Shown: positions 18,524-27,896 of the stretch, in pieces
How positions within the stretch are numbered: position 1 is the stretch's first letter
How the letters are laid out: each line of letters opens with the position of its first letter
DNA from: Deltaproteobacteria bacterium
GTDB taxonomy: Bacteria; Myxococcota_A; Polyangia; Fen-1088
NCBI GenBank assembly: GCA_033763315.1
Contig: JANRKS010000019.1
Location: 320,001 to 384,000, forward strand
Direction of reading: 5' to 3'
DNA length: 64,000 bases
The notes under the pieces: model-generated
Seen by the model: only the letters and a program-made list of their open reading frames with translations
The model's database searches: none
Told to the model about the DNA's origin: nothing
Program-made: the position numbers and the translations under genes

Positions 18524-19096
18524 GTGCCCTGGAAGCCTCCCCCCGACGCCGTTTTCAATGTTCGCTCTGTTATCCTTGATGGCGTCGCCATGGGCCGTGT
18601 GCTTCGCCGCATGGCCGCTGAAATTGTGGAACGGGCAGGGCCAGATGTGTACCTCGTGGGCATACAAACCCGCGGCGTTCACCTCGCGGCCCGCATGGCC
18701 AAGATCCTTTCGCACGATTCAGATCCGCAGGGCAGCCCGCGGTTGGGCGCGGTGGACATCACCATGTACCGCGACGATTTACATTTCGGCTCGCCCAAGC
18801 AGGAGGTGGGCCCCACGGATCTGCCCCAAAGCATCGACGGTCAAGTGGTGGTGCTGGTTGATGACGTTCTTTACACGGGCCGCACGGTCCGCGCGGCGAT
18901 GGACGTGCTGCTGGATTACGGGCGCCCCAAAGCGATTCATTTGGCGTGCATGGTGGACCGAGGCAACCGCGAGCTGCCCATCCAGCCCGATTTCGTGGGT
19001 GCGAAGGTCACCACGGGCCCCAATGAATCGGTGCGGGTGATGCTTGCCGAGCGCGGGGAAGAAGACCAGGTGGTGTTAAGGGAAAAAGTAGGGTAA
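18524..19096 (+). CDS. pyrR: Bifunctional pyrimidine regulatory protein/uracil phosphoribosyltransferase PyrR
   Basis: [29 protein letters not shown] and [15 protein letters not shown] motifs. Confidence 0.95.
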   Translation: MPWKPPPDAVFNVRSVILDGVAMGRVLRRMAAEIVERAGPDVYLVGIQTRGVHLAARMAKILSHDSDPQGSPRLGAVDITMYRDDLHFGSPKQEVGPTDLPQSIDGQVVVLVDDVLYTGRTVRAAMDVLLDYGRPKAIHLACMVDRGNRELPIQPDFVGAKVTTGPNESVRVMLAERGEEDQVVLREKVG

Positions 19097-19106
19097 ACGA
19101 GGCGGC

Positions 19107-20054
19107 GTGAACGCAGCGGGTTTTTCCCACCGACATTTGTTAGGGCTGCAGGGCCTTTCCGCCGACGACCTCACCACCGTTCTTGATCTCGGTGATCGCT
19201 TCTTGGAAGTGGCCGAGCGCCCCATCAAGAAGGTGCCCACGTTGCGCGGCAAGACGGTGATCAACCTGTTCCTTGAGAACAGCACGCGCACCCGCACCTC
19301 GTTCGAGTTGGCCGCCAAGCGGCTTTCCGCAGACGCGGTGAACATTTCAGGCTCCTCGTCGTCAACCAGCAAGGGCGAAACCCTGATCGACACGGCCAAG
19401 AACATCGACGCCATGGCGCCTGATGTGATCGTCATTCGCCACGCACAAGCGGGCTCGGCCAACATGCTGGCCCAGCACACCAACGCGGCCATCGTAAACG
19501 CAGGCGACGGCGCGCACGAGCACCCCTCGCAAGGCCTGCTCGACGCTTCCACCATCCGAGCCCACAAAGGCCGCATCGAAGGCCTCACGGTTTGCATCTG
19601 CGGCGACATTGCCAACAGCCGTGTGGCGCGCTCGAACATCTTTGCTCTGCAGACGCTGGGTGCGAAGGTGCGCGTGGCGGGGCCGCGAACGTTGCTGCCG
19701 CTTGGCATTGAGGAGTTGGGCGTGCAGGCCTTTGATTCCTTAGACGCTGGCATCGAAGGCGTGGACGTCGTCATGATGTTGCGGATACAAATGGAGCGCC
19801 AAGCGGGCGGCCGGTTCCCCAGCACGCGGGAATACTCCCGTTATTTCGGTCTCAACCAGCGCCGCTTGTCGTTGGCAAAACCCGACGCGATTGTGATGCA
19901 CCCGGGGCCCATGAACCGCGGCGTTGAGATCGACCCCAGCATCGCCGACGGCCCGCGCTCGGTGATCCTGGAACAAGTGTCGCGCGGTGTGGCGATCCGG
20001 ATGGCGATTCTTTATTTGTTGGCCGGCGGCAAAGATGCCGAGGCTCACGGGTAG
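19107..20054 (+). CDS. pyrB: Aspartate carbamoyltransferase catalytic subunit
   Basis: [23 protein letters not shown] and [12 protein letters not shown] motifs. Confidence 0.97.
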   Translation: MNAAGFSHRHLLGLQGLSADDLTTVLDLGDRFLEVAERPIKKVPTLRGKTVINLFLENSTRTRTSFELAAKRLSADAVNISGSSSSTSKGETLIDTAKNIDAMAPDVIVIRHAQAGSANMLAQHTNAAIVNAGDGAHEHPSQGLLDASTIRAHKGRIEGLTVCICGDIANSRVARSNIFALQTLGAKVRVAGPRTLLPLGIEELGVQAFDSLDAGIEGVDVVMMLRIQMERQAGGRFPSTREYSRYFGLNQRRLSLAKPDAIVMHPGPMNRGVEIDPSIADGPRSVILEQVSRGVAIRMAILYLLAGGKDAEAHG

Positions 20055-20112
20055 GCAGGGGTGGAGGCCAGGCGTGTGGCGTCCGGGCACCGATTGGTGG
20101 CCCTCCCCCGCC

Positions 20113-20141
20113 TAGATTCGCTCCAACGAACCTGACATAAT
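20113..20141 (+). promoter_or_regulatory. Putative sigma-70 promoter for a leaderless two-gene module
   Basis: TAGATT-N17-CATAAT ends 6 nt before the GTG at 20148, and there is no RBS. Confidence 0.45.
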
Positions 20142-20147
20142 AGAACC

Positions 20148-20381
20148 GTGAAGTTGATCGAGGAAGCGGCCTCCGCCTTGGGCGACCTGACCCTAACGGA
20201 TCAGCAGCGGACGGCTTTGCTTGCGAGATTGGAAAGACGGTCGAAAGCGGCCGAGATTGCGGGCCATGCTGCCGTTGACGCAGGGGATGTCGAACATGTC
20301 TTGCACAACCTGACGCTTACGCCTGAAAAGCGGCTATCACAGAGCTTTACCCGTGCAAGACTTAGACAGTCTGCCCTTTAG
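20148..20381 (+). CDS. Small protein, putative antitoxin/partner of the downstream nucleotidyltransferase
   Basis: 77 aa ending ...VLHNLTLTPEKRL..., overlapping the next gene by 29 nt. Confidence 0.6.
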   Translation: MKLIEEAASALGDLTLTDQQRTALLARLERRSKAAEIAGHAAVDAGDVEHVLHNLTLTPEKRLSQSFTRARLRQSAL

Positions 20382-20817
20382 TGCGGCAGAATATGAGTTC
20401 CTCCGAGCCGCCAGCGAAGCCGGCGTTCCGTTTTTGGTCGTGGGGCTGTCCGCCGCGGTTCTTCAAGGAGCTGACACCGTAACCCAGGACATCGATTTGT
20501 GGTTTCGGTCTGTCTCCGATCCGCGTGTCGCTTCTGCCGCCGTGCGCGCGGGAGGGATCCTGATCTGGCGCACGACCCCTCCACTCATATCGGGCCCTGA
20601 TTTGGACAGAATTGACCTTGTCGTCCATTGCCACGGTTTGGATGACTTTGATTCTGAATTCGCGCGCGCCGTCACGATAGAGGTCTGTGGGATCCCCCTC
20701 AAAGTGTTGCCTCTTGATCGGGTGATCGCGAGCAAGAGGGCCGCAAACCGCGCGAAGGACCAAGCGGTGATGCCCGCCCTCGAGGCCGCCCTGGCAGCCA
20801 CCGCTCAAAAAATTTAG
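20353..20817 (+). CDS. DNA-polymerase-beta-superfamily nucleotidyltransferase (AbiEii/MenT-like)
   Basis: hVVGLSAAVLQG...TQDIDLW (G-x-A...TxDxD) and C-terminal SKRAANRAKD. Confidence 0.75.
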   Translation: MQDLDSLPFSAAEYEFLRAASEAGVPFLVVGLSAAVLQGADTVTQDIDLWFRSVSDPRVASAAVRAGGILIWRTTPPLISGPDLDRIDLVVHCHGLDDFDSEFARAVTIEVCGIPLKVLPLDRVIASKRAANRAKDQAVMPALEAALAATAQKI

Positions 20818-20892
20818 GCTTCAAGCCCGCGCCCCGCGTTGCATGCGCATGGCCATCGGGGTGCCGATCCTGTATCTGTTCCACGGCCCCGC

Positions 20893-22860
20893 ATGATCGC
20901 CACTCAAAACCTGACCAAAGAGTTTGCCGCCCGCGTTCTGTTCGAGGACGTCACGCTGCAATTGAATCCGGGCTCCCGTTACGGCCTAGTGGGCGCGAAC
21001 GGCTCGGGAAAGAGCACGTTCATGAAGGTGCTGTCGGGCGACGAGCCTGCAAGCGCCGGCAATGTGGTGATCGCGAAGCGGGCCCGCGTGGGTGTGCTGC
21101 GCCAGGATCGCTTCTTGGACGACGGCGAGCTCATCCTTGATCTGGCGATGAAGGGCGACGCGCTGGTGTGGAACGCGCTGGCCCAACAAAAAGCGCTGGA
21201 GGACGGCAAGCTCACGCTTGAGCCGGCGCGCATGGCCGAATTGCAAGACGTCATCGCGGCCAACGACGGCTACACGCTTGAGGCTCGTTCAAGCCGCGTG
21301 TTGGAAGGCTTGGGCATTCCTGTTCCTGCGCACCGCCAACCTTTGGGCACGCTTTCGGGCGGCTTCAAGTTGCGCGTGTTGCTTGCGCAGGTGCTGGTGG
21401 GCGGCATGGACGTACTGCTACTCGATGAGCCCACGAACCATTTGGATATTCTTACCATTCGGTGGCTGGAACGCTTCTTGTCGAGCTACGAAGGCTGCGC
21501 TGTGATCATCTCGCACGATCAGCGCTTCTTGAACAACGTGACCACGCACATCTTGGACGTGGATTACCAAACGATCACGCAATACACGGGCAACTACGTT
21601 GCGTTCGAGAAGCAAAAGGCGTTAATCCGCGAACAGAAAGAAGCGTCGATCGAACGCGCCCAAGAAGAGATCGCACGCAAAAAGGCATTCGTCGATCGAT
21701 TCGGCGCGAAAGCCACGAAAGCATCGCAGGCACAAAGCCGGCTCAAGCAGATCGAAAAGATCGAAGTTGAAGAATTGGTGGCATCATCCCGGCGCGCGCC
21801 GTTCCTCAAATTCGAGGCGGTGCGTCCGAGTGGCCGCGAAGTGCTTGAGCTTAACCATGTGAGCAAGGCCTATGGCGATAAGAAGGTCCTGGCCAACGTT
21901 TCAATGACTGTGCGCCGGGGTGAGCGTGTGGCGTTGATTGGTGCGAACGGCTTGGGCAAATCAACGCTGCTGCGCATCGCTGTTGAACGGTTGAATGCCG
22001 ATACGGGCGAGGTGAAGTGGGGCCACGAAACGCACGTGGGGTATTTCCCTCAAGATCACCGCGAAGTGCTGGATCAGCCGAAACAAACGCCGTTTGAGAT
22101 GCTCTATGAATTGTGTCCGCTCGAAAGCATCAGCTTCGTGCGCGGGCAACTGGGGCGCGTGTTGTTCTCGGGCTCCGACGTTGAAAAGCGCATTGATTTG
22201 CTTTCAGGTGGTGAGGCGGCGCGTTTGATCTTCGCGCGCTTGGCGATCCAGAAGCCGAACGTGCTGGTGATGGATGAGCCCACGAACCATCTTGATATGG
22301 AAACGATTCAGGCGTTGATCGACGCGCTGAAGGCGTATCCGGGCACGATCCTGTTTGTGTCCCACGATCGTTATTTCGTGTCGGAGCTGGCAACGCACAT
22401 CGTTGAGATCACTCCCACGGGGTTAAAGGATTTCCCTGGCACGTACAACGAATACCTTGAACGTTGCGGCGACGATCACCTTGATGCCGAAGCGGTGGCC
22501 TTGAAGGCCCGGCGGGCAAAGCAAGAAGCGCAAGCGGCGAAGGTCAGCGGTAACACGGATGCGGCGGGCAATACGCTTTCCTGGGAAGAGCAGAAGAAGC
22601 GCCGCGCGCGCCAGAACCAATTGCCGAAGCTGCGTGACAAAGCGTTGGCGGGCATCGAAGCGGCTGAAGCGCGCAAAAAAGAGATCTCGGAGATCTACTG
22701 CGCCCCGGGCTTCTTCGAGCGCCACACCTTCGACGACATCGCAAAGTTCGAGGCAGAGCAAAAAGCGCTGGAGAAAAAGCTGGAAACGCTGATGGCGGAG
22801 TGGGAGCAAATCGAAACGGAACTGGCCGCCGTGGGCGAGGGCGAGGGCGGAATAGTTTAG
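20893..22860 (+). CDS. ABC-F family translation-associated ATPase (YbiT-like, with C-terminal coiled coil)
   Basis: Two ABC cassettes (GANGSGKST/LSGG/LDEPTNHLD and GANGLGKST/LSGGE/MDEPTNHLD), an interdomain linker, and no TM segments. Confidence 0.93.
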   Translation: MIATQNLTKEFAARVLFEDVTLQLNPGSRYGLVGANGSGKSTFMKVLSGDEPASAGNVVIAKRARVGVLRQDRFLDDGELILDLAMKGDALVWNALAQQKALEDGKLTLEPARMAELQDVIAANDGYTLEARSSRVLEGLGIPVPAHRQPLGTLSGGFKLRVLLAQVLVGGMDVLLLDEPTNHLDILTIRWLERFLSSYEGCAVIISHDQRFLNNVTTHILDVDYQTITQYTGNYVAFEKQKALIREQKEASIERAQEEIARKKAFVDRFGAKATKASQAQSRLKQIEKIEVEELVASSRRAPFLKFEAVRPSGREVLELNHVSKAYGDKKVLANVSMTVRRGERVALIGANGLGKSTLLRIAVERLNADTGEVKWGHETHVGYFPQDHREVLDQPKQTPFEMLYELCPLESISFVRGQLGRVLFSGSDVEKRIDLLSGGEAARLIFARLAIQKPNVLVMDEPTNHLDMETIQALIDALKAYPGTILFVSHDRYFVSELATHIVEITPTGLKDFPGTYNEYLERCGDDHLDAEAVALKARRAKQEAQAAKVSGNTDAAGNTLSWEEQKKRRARQNQLPKLRDKALAGIEAAEARKKEISEIYCAPGFFERHTFDDIAKFEAEQKALEKKLETLMAEWEQIETELAAVGEGEGGIV

Positions 22861-22868
22861 GGGTGTCG

Positions 22869-23261
22869 TTACGCACGACCTCCATCGGTCGCCCGCCTGT
22901 AGTGCCTGAGTATGGTTTCATCAGAAGTCAGCAATGGCGCCCCGACGATGTCCGCTGAAGCAACGATCAATCGATCAAAGGGGTCCCGCGTCCAAGAGAG
23001 CTGGCTCGCGCGCTTGGCGACGTCCCCAAACTCGACGCGGGACCTTGCTATCGCCATACGCTCGGTGAGTCCCAACAGCACGTCAGCGGCGTCGGGCTTG
23101 AGCCGACCGATTTCGTGCAGATATTGCAGTTCCAATTCGACGATGGGCGAGTACTGCAAGTCGCCGGTCTCAAGCAGCTTCTTTGCGGGACGCAAACGGC
23201 GCTGGTCGCCGAGCCAAAGCCAAACGATGAAATGAGTGTCGAGATGGACTACGGTCGCCAT
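22869..23261 (-). CDS. vapC: VapC/PIN-domain toxin
   Basis: LDTHFIVW, SPIVELEL, RDPFDRLIVA and LLTSD motifs. Confidence 0.88.
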   Translation of the reverse strand: MATVVHLDTHFIVWLWLGDQRRLRPAKKLLETGDLQYSPIVELELQYLHEIGRLKPDAADVLLGLTERMAIARSRVEFGDVAKRASQLSWTRDPFDRLIVASADIVGAPLLTSDETILRHYRRATDGGRA

Positions 23262-23473
23262 TCTCTCGACCAGTCGATGTGAATCAGGTCGTCAGGATCG
23301 CCCACAACGTCATCAGGATGAGGCTCGAGCTTACTGAGCTTACGTTGAGGAACCACGGCAACGATACGAAGTAGCCTGCCGTTTCTTTCGATCTCGACTG
23401 GCTCGCCCGTTTCCAAGACGCGGTCGAGCATCCGATACAAGTTGGTGCGAAGCTCTGTCGCCTTGAGGGCCAT
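23249..23473 (-). CDS. Phd/YefM-family antitoxin
   Basis: ATELRTNLYRMLDRVLETGEPVEIERNG pattern; overlaps vapC. Confidence 0.88.
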   Translation of the reverse strand: MALKATELRTNLYRMLDRVLETGEPVEIERNGRLLRIVAVVPQRKLSKLEPHPDDVVGDPDDLIHIDWSREWRP

Positions 23474-23481
23474 TGGAAAAG

Positions 23482-23500
23482 CGTACGTTAGTTACGTACG
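23482..23500. promoter_or_regulatory. Probable toxin-antitoxin autorepression operator
   Basis: 7-5-7 inverted repeat CGTACGT-TAGTT-ACGTACG, 8 nt upstream of the antitoxin ATG. Confidence 0.65.
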
Positions 23501-23717
23501 TTTGGCTAGGGGAAGCATGGGCCGGCGATTGACACGGTCGGCAATCGCACGAGCGCTTGGCGGGAACGTTTTGCTGGGCTGCGGCGCGGATTGGCCCAGG
23601 CTGTAAAACCACGTGGAGCCTTACGTATACTTTACATCCACTCGGATATGACTATCCTGCACCATCATTCGGAACGCTGGGGGGTCGAGGCGCTCCGATT
23701 TAACCGGAGGAACGATT

Positions 23718-24617
23718 ATGCGTACGAAGATATTGGCTTTTTGTGCTGTTGCGGGTTTGGGCGCGTGGGTATTTAGCTGTTCGTCATCGGACGACGGTGT
23801 CAACAACGGCGGCTCCGGAGGCGATTCTGGAGGTGACAGCGGGTCAGCCGGCAAAGGTGGCAGCGGCGGTAAAGGCGGCAGTGGTGGCAAAGGCGGCAGC
23901 GGCGGCTCAGCCAACGGCGGCTCGGGTGGCAGCGGAACTGGCGGAAACAGCGTGGACGGCGGCAGTGGCGGCGGTGGCGCGGCGGGCGGCGGCGGTGGCT
24001 CGGCTACCGGCGGCTCAGGCGGTTCGATGCCAGCATGCGCGATGTTGCCTGCGGCAAAGAAGGTGACCTTTGAGGCGGATGCCGACCTCTGGGTCAACAA
24101 TGCCGGTTCGGATGACCGGGTGACTTCATCAACTGCCCCGGCGCTTAGCACCGCGCAGAAACACGGCGATGCCAAGTCCATGGCTCTGAGCATCAACACG
24201 GCTGACGGATTGCCCAGCGCTGGTGATGCAGGCGCCGATGCCGGTTCATCAGCAATGGCTAAACGAGCCTGGTTCTACAGCTTTAAAGGCGTAGCCACCC
24301 TCTTCGGGTACCTACAGCCTGGTAGGACGATCTCCGCTTGGATTTGGGTTCCAGCGGATCACAAGCTTGAGCAAGCCCAGTGGGTCTTCCACAGCCCTTC
24401 GGCGTTCCCAGCGGGCATGCAGTGGCAAAGCTCAAACGTCACGATTACGCCGGGCGCGTGGAGTCAAGTTTCTCTGACAATCCCAGAGATTTACAACTGC
24501 TCCAAGTTCCAAGCTGCAGGCTTCAACGAGATCGGTTTGTACATCACGGTGCCAGCCGGCCAGGCATACAACGGGACGATCTACGTTGATGACTTCGAGA
24601 TAAGCGCGAAACCCTAG
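23718..24617 (+). CDS. Lipoprotein with Gly/Ser-rich linker and C-terminal carbohydrate-binding-like beta-sandwich
   Basis: GGAGG RBS, lipobox VFSC, G/S linker, and TFE...ISAWIWVP...GAWSQVSL...EIGL...GTIYVDDF (CBM-like ending). Confidence 0.75.
   Translation: MRTKILAFCAVAGLGAWVFSCSSSDDGVNNGGSGGDSGGDSGSAGKGGSGGKGGSGGKGGSGGSANGGSGGSGTGGNSVDGGSGGGGAAGGGGGSATGGSGGSMPACAMLPAAKKVTFEADADLWVNNAGSDDRVTSSTAPALSTAQKHGDAKSMALSINTADGLPSAGDAGADAGSSAMAKRAWFYSFKGVATLFGYLQPGRTISAWIWVPADHKLEQAQWVFHSPSAFPAGMQWQSSNVTITPGAWSQVSLTIPEIYNCSKFQAAGFNEIGLYITVPAGQAYNGTIYVDDFEISAKP
23850..23903 (+). repeat. Three imperfect 18-nt tandem repeats encoding GKGGSG
   Basis: GGCAAAGGTGGCAGCGGC / GGTAAAGGCGGCAGTGGT / GGCAAAGGCGGCAGCGGC. 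Confidence 0.8.
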
Positions 24618-24793
24618 TCAACGGTTAGGGCTTCAACGAAGCCTTCGGCGTCTGCCGCTAACGGGAACAGCCTCCACAAGGGTTGTTCCCGTTTCGCGTC
24701 TGCGCCCTGCATGGACGTTGTCTAGGGGGTGAAAGGCCCCCCTGAGGGAGGTCATCCTGACAGAAGGGAAGCGCAACTGAGGAAGGGTGACTT

Positions 24794-24919
24794 TTCAGAG
24801 ACGCACTCGGCATCAGCTTGGCAGGAGGCGCCCATCGGCTTTTTGCCACAGCTCTTGGCGTCGCAAACTTTGCCAGCCGCACATTGATCGTTGTTCGCGC
24901 ATTCTGAGAAACACTTGTT
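24794..24919 (-). pseudogene. Orphan fragment of a myxobacterial Cys-rich repeat protein
   Basis: NKCFSECANNDQCAAGKVCDAKSCGKKPMGASCQADAECVSE, with no signal peptide or credible start. Confidence 0.55.
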
Positions 24920-24927
24920 CCTCTTCG

Positions 24928-25137
24928 CCCCAGCACCTCGAGCGTTTGCGTCAGCGGGTTGACCAATCAAACGTGAGCCACGCCATAGGTTGCGTAGGCG
25001 TCCAGCTTTTGCGAGCGATCCATCTTTTCAGTCGACGGAGACAACACCTCGCAGAGCCAATCAGGCGCCAAATCCAGCGCAGGACTTTGCGGCAATGCCG
25101 GCAGGCGCTCTTTGTGCCACCCTGCCAGGTCGGGCGC
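24928..25137 (-). pseudogene. Uma2 (DUF820) endonuclease pseudogene
   Basis: Manual translation APDLAGWHKERLPALPQSPALDLAPDWLCEVLSPSTEKMDRSQKLDAYATYGVAHV*LVNPLTQTLEVLG. The conserved Trp is TGA (24969-24967) and the N-terminal half is missing. Confidence 0.8.
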
Positions 25138-25377
25138 GGCGAGGGGAGACGATCAAAGTGCCGTTGAGAATCTCGCCGACCGTGTGCTCGGGTATGCCGA
25201 ACAGGTCTTCGTAGCGAGCGCGCCGACCCATAAGGGCCAGGTTACCACGTCACCTTCGGCGCCAGACCTAGCAACCCCTCGCTGCGATCTGCCGACCCAA
25301 CCGGGTGGGCGCATCAATCCTTGACCCCGCGAAACACCAGTTGACATGGCGCCTCCCAGCCAATAAACGGAAGCGCC

Positions 25378-26661
25378 ATGGAATCCATCTGCCTGCGCGG
25401 CGGGCGCGTTCTGGACCCCGCTTCGAAAACGGACGCGCGGGCGGACGTTTTGGTGGAGAACGGGCGGGTCAGCGGCATCGGCGCGAACCTGCAAGTGCCC
25501 GCAGGCGTTCGCACCATTGAGGTTGGCGACGCCTGGGTGACCCCGGGCCTCATCGACATCCACGTGCACCTGCGCGAGCCCGGCCAGGAATACAAAGAAG
25601 ACATTCTGTCCGGCACCACCAGCGCCGCCGTGGGCGGGTTCACCGCGGTGTGCTGCATGCCCAACACCAAGCCGCCCAACGACAACCGGGCGGTCACCGA
25701 ACTTATCATTCGGCGCGCCCAGGAGGTCGGGAAGGTGCGGGTTTACCCGATCGGCGCGATCACCCAGGGGCTCGAAGGCAAAGCGTTGGCCGAGATGGGC
25801 GAATTGAAGGACGCCGGCTGCGTCGCCGTTTCTGACGACGGCCGCCCCGTGATGGACAGCGAGGTCATGCGCCGCGCGTTTGAGTACGCCCGCACGTTCA
25901 ATATGGTGCTGATCCAGCACTGCGAAGATCTGTGTTTGGCCCGCGGTGGATCCATGCACGAGGGTGCCGTGTCCACGCGGGCGGGCATTCGGGCGCAGCC
26001 GTCTGTGGCCGAATCGGCGATGGTGGCGCGCGATCTTGAACTCGTGGCGTTGACCGGCGCGCGTTACCACGTGGCCCACATCAGCGCTGCGGAATCGATT
26101 CGCTTGGTGCGCGAGGCGAAGCAACGTGGTTTGCCTGTAACGGCCGAAGTGACGCCGCATCACCTGGTGCTGACCGACGAAGCGTGTGCCACTTACGACA
26201 CAAACACAAAGATGAACCCGCCACTACGTGCCTCGCGCGATGTGGAAGCGGCGCGCGCCGCATTGATCGATGGCACGATCGATTGCATCGCCACCGACCA
26301 CGCGCCGCACTCGCCCGTGGAAAAGGACGTTGAGTTCGAGCAGGCCGCTTTTGGTGTGATCGGGCTTGAAACGGCCATCCCGCTGACCATCGATATGGTC
26401 GCCAACAAGCAAATGTCGGCGCTTGATTGGGTGGAACGCCTCACGTTGGCGCCCGCGCGGGTGCTGGGGCTGCCGGGAGGCCGGCTGGAAGTGGGGGCTG
26501 TGGCCGATATTGCTGTGATAAACCCCAACGCCCCCTGGACCTTCAGCAAAGAAGCCGTAGTCTCGCGGTCGAAGAACAGCCCGTTTTTGGGGCAAGCCAT
26601 GAAAGGCAAGGCCGTGCTAACCATGGTGGGCGGGCGCATTGTCCACCAAACCCTGACCTAG
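25378..26661 (+). CDS. pyrC: Dihydroorotase
   Basis: PGLIDIHVHLREPG, MPNT, SDDG, KMNPPLR and IATDHAPH motifs. Confidence 0.96.
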   Translation: MESICLRGGRVLDPASKTDARADVLVENGRVSGIGANLQVPAGVRTIEVGDAWVTPGLIDIHVHLREPGQEYKEDILSGTTSAAVGGFTAVCCMPNTKPPNDNRAVTELIIRRAQEVGKVRVYPIGAITQGLEGKALAEMGELKDAGCVAVSDDGRPVMDSEVMRRAFEYARTFNMVLIQHCEDLCLARGGSMHEGAVSTRAGIRAQPSVAESAMVARDLELVALTGARYHVAHISAAESIRLVREAKQRGLPVTAEVTPHHLVLTDEACATYDTNTKMNPPLRASRDVEAARAALIDGTIDCIATDHAPHSPVEKDVEFEQAAFGVIGLETAIPLTIDMVANKQMSALDWVERLTLAPARVLGLPGGRLEVGAVADIAVINPNAPWTFSKEAVVSRSKNSPFLGQAMKGKAVLTMVGGRIVHQTLT

Positions 26662-26703
26662 TTCGTTTGATCGCCTATAAAGCATTAAGAAGGAGCCCCG
26701 CGC

Positions 26704-27861
26704 GTGAGCCAAACCGTAGCAACCGAGGAACTGTCAGGGACGCCAGCATTGTTGGCCTTGGAAGATGGAACTGTCTTCCGTGGGCAAGCGTTCGGCGCCG
26801 ACACCGATGGCCTTGGCGAGCTGGTCTTCAATACGGCGATCACGGGCTATCAAGAGGTGCTGACCGATCCTTCTTACAAGGGTCAAATTGTGATGATGAC
26901 GGCGCCACAGATCGGCAACGTCGGCGTGAACCCCGAGGATTTCGAATCGCGCCAACCGTTCTGTTCAGGTTTCGTCGTGCGCGAACTATCCGCGCGCGTT
27001 TCCAATTGGCGCGCCAACGGATCGTTGGGTGCGCTCATGGCGAAATACGGTGTGTCAGGCATTGCCGGCATCGATACACGTGCGGTTACGCGGCGCTTGC
27101 GCATCTCGGGCGCACAACGGGCGATCATTTCTCGCAACGTCAACGATGTGGAAGGCGCCGTTCGCAAAGCACAAGCCCATCGCTCGATGGAAGGCTGCGA
27201 TCTCACCCAAACCGTCACAGCACCCGAGGCTTATGAATGGCACGAAGGTTTGTGGCAAGCGCCAGGGCACGCCAAGCCTTTGCCGCCTGAGAAGCACCAC
27301 GTGGTGGCGTATGACTTCGGCATCAAGCGCGGCATCTTGCGGCACCTGCGCCAGACCGGTTGCAAGGTCACCGTGGTGCCTGCCAGCACGTCAGCAAAAG
27401 ATGTGTTGAAGCTCAAGCCCACAGGCGTGTTTTTGTCGAATGGCCCTGGCGATCCCGCGCCGGTGGATTACGCCATTGAGTCCGTCAAAGAAATCGTCGC
27501 CTCAAAGACGCCACTGTTTGGTATTTGCCTTGGCCACCAAATCCTGGGTCTCGCGTTGGGGGGCAAAACTTACAAGTTGAAGTTCGGGCACCACGGCGCG
27601 AACCACCCCGTGATGGATATGTCGACGGGCAAGGTTGAGATCACGTCACAGAACCACGGGTTTTGCGTGGACGTTGATTCATTGGCTGGCAAAGCCGTGC
27701 TCACGCACGTCAACCTCAACGACAAAACAGTTGAAGGTTTGCGCCACGAGAGCCTTCCCGTATTCAGCGTGCAATACCACCCCGAAGCGTCTCCGGGACC
27801 GAACGACTCGGGATATTTGTTTGGCCGCTTCGTCCGCTTGATGGACGAGCACAAGTGGTAG
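26704..27861 (+). CDS. carA: Carbamoyl-phosphate synthase small subunit
   Basis: [29 protein letters not shown] and [10 protein letters not shown] motifs. Confidence 0.97.
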   Translation: MSQTVATEELSGTPALLALEDGTVFRGQAFGADTDGLGELVFNTAITGYQEVLTDPSYKGQIVMMTAPQIGNVGVNPEDFESRQPFCSGFVVRELSARVSNWRANGSLGALMAKYGVSGIAGIDTRAVTRRLRISGAQRAIISRNVNDVEGAVRKAQAHRSMEGCDLTQTVTAPEAYEWHEGLWQAPGHAKPLPPEKHHVVAYDFGIKRGILRHLRQTGCKVTVVPASTSAKDVLKLKPTGVFLSNGPGDPAPVDYAIESVKEIVASKTPLFGICLGHQILGLALGGKTYKLKFGHHGANHPVMDMSTGKVEITSQNHGFCVDVDSLAGKAVLTHVNLNDKTVEGLRHESLPVFSVQYHPEASPGPNDSGYLFGRFVRLMDEHKW

Positions 27862-27896
27862 CAGAGAGATCTCCATCTCCTAATAGCAGCGAGGAA

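Noticed and set aside
18492-18560. PyrR-binding attenuator upstream of pyrR
   Set aside because: The intergenic space is about 30 nt and has no recognisable PyrR binding loop or terminator.
23800-24030. Gly/Ser repeat tracts (also 13150-13290, 39120-39300, 59410-59520, 60640-60860) as CRISPR or VNTR arrays
   Set aside because: They are in-frame low-complexity linkers with synonymous variation; there is no repeat-spacer structure and no cas genes.
24967-24969. TGA at a conserved Trp as evidence for genetic code 4
   Set aside because: Many intact genes here end in TGA and RF2 is present, so this is a nonsense mutation in a truncated gene.
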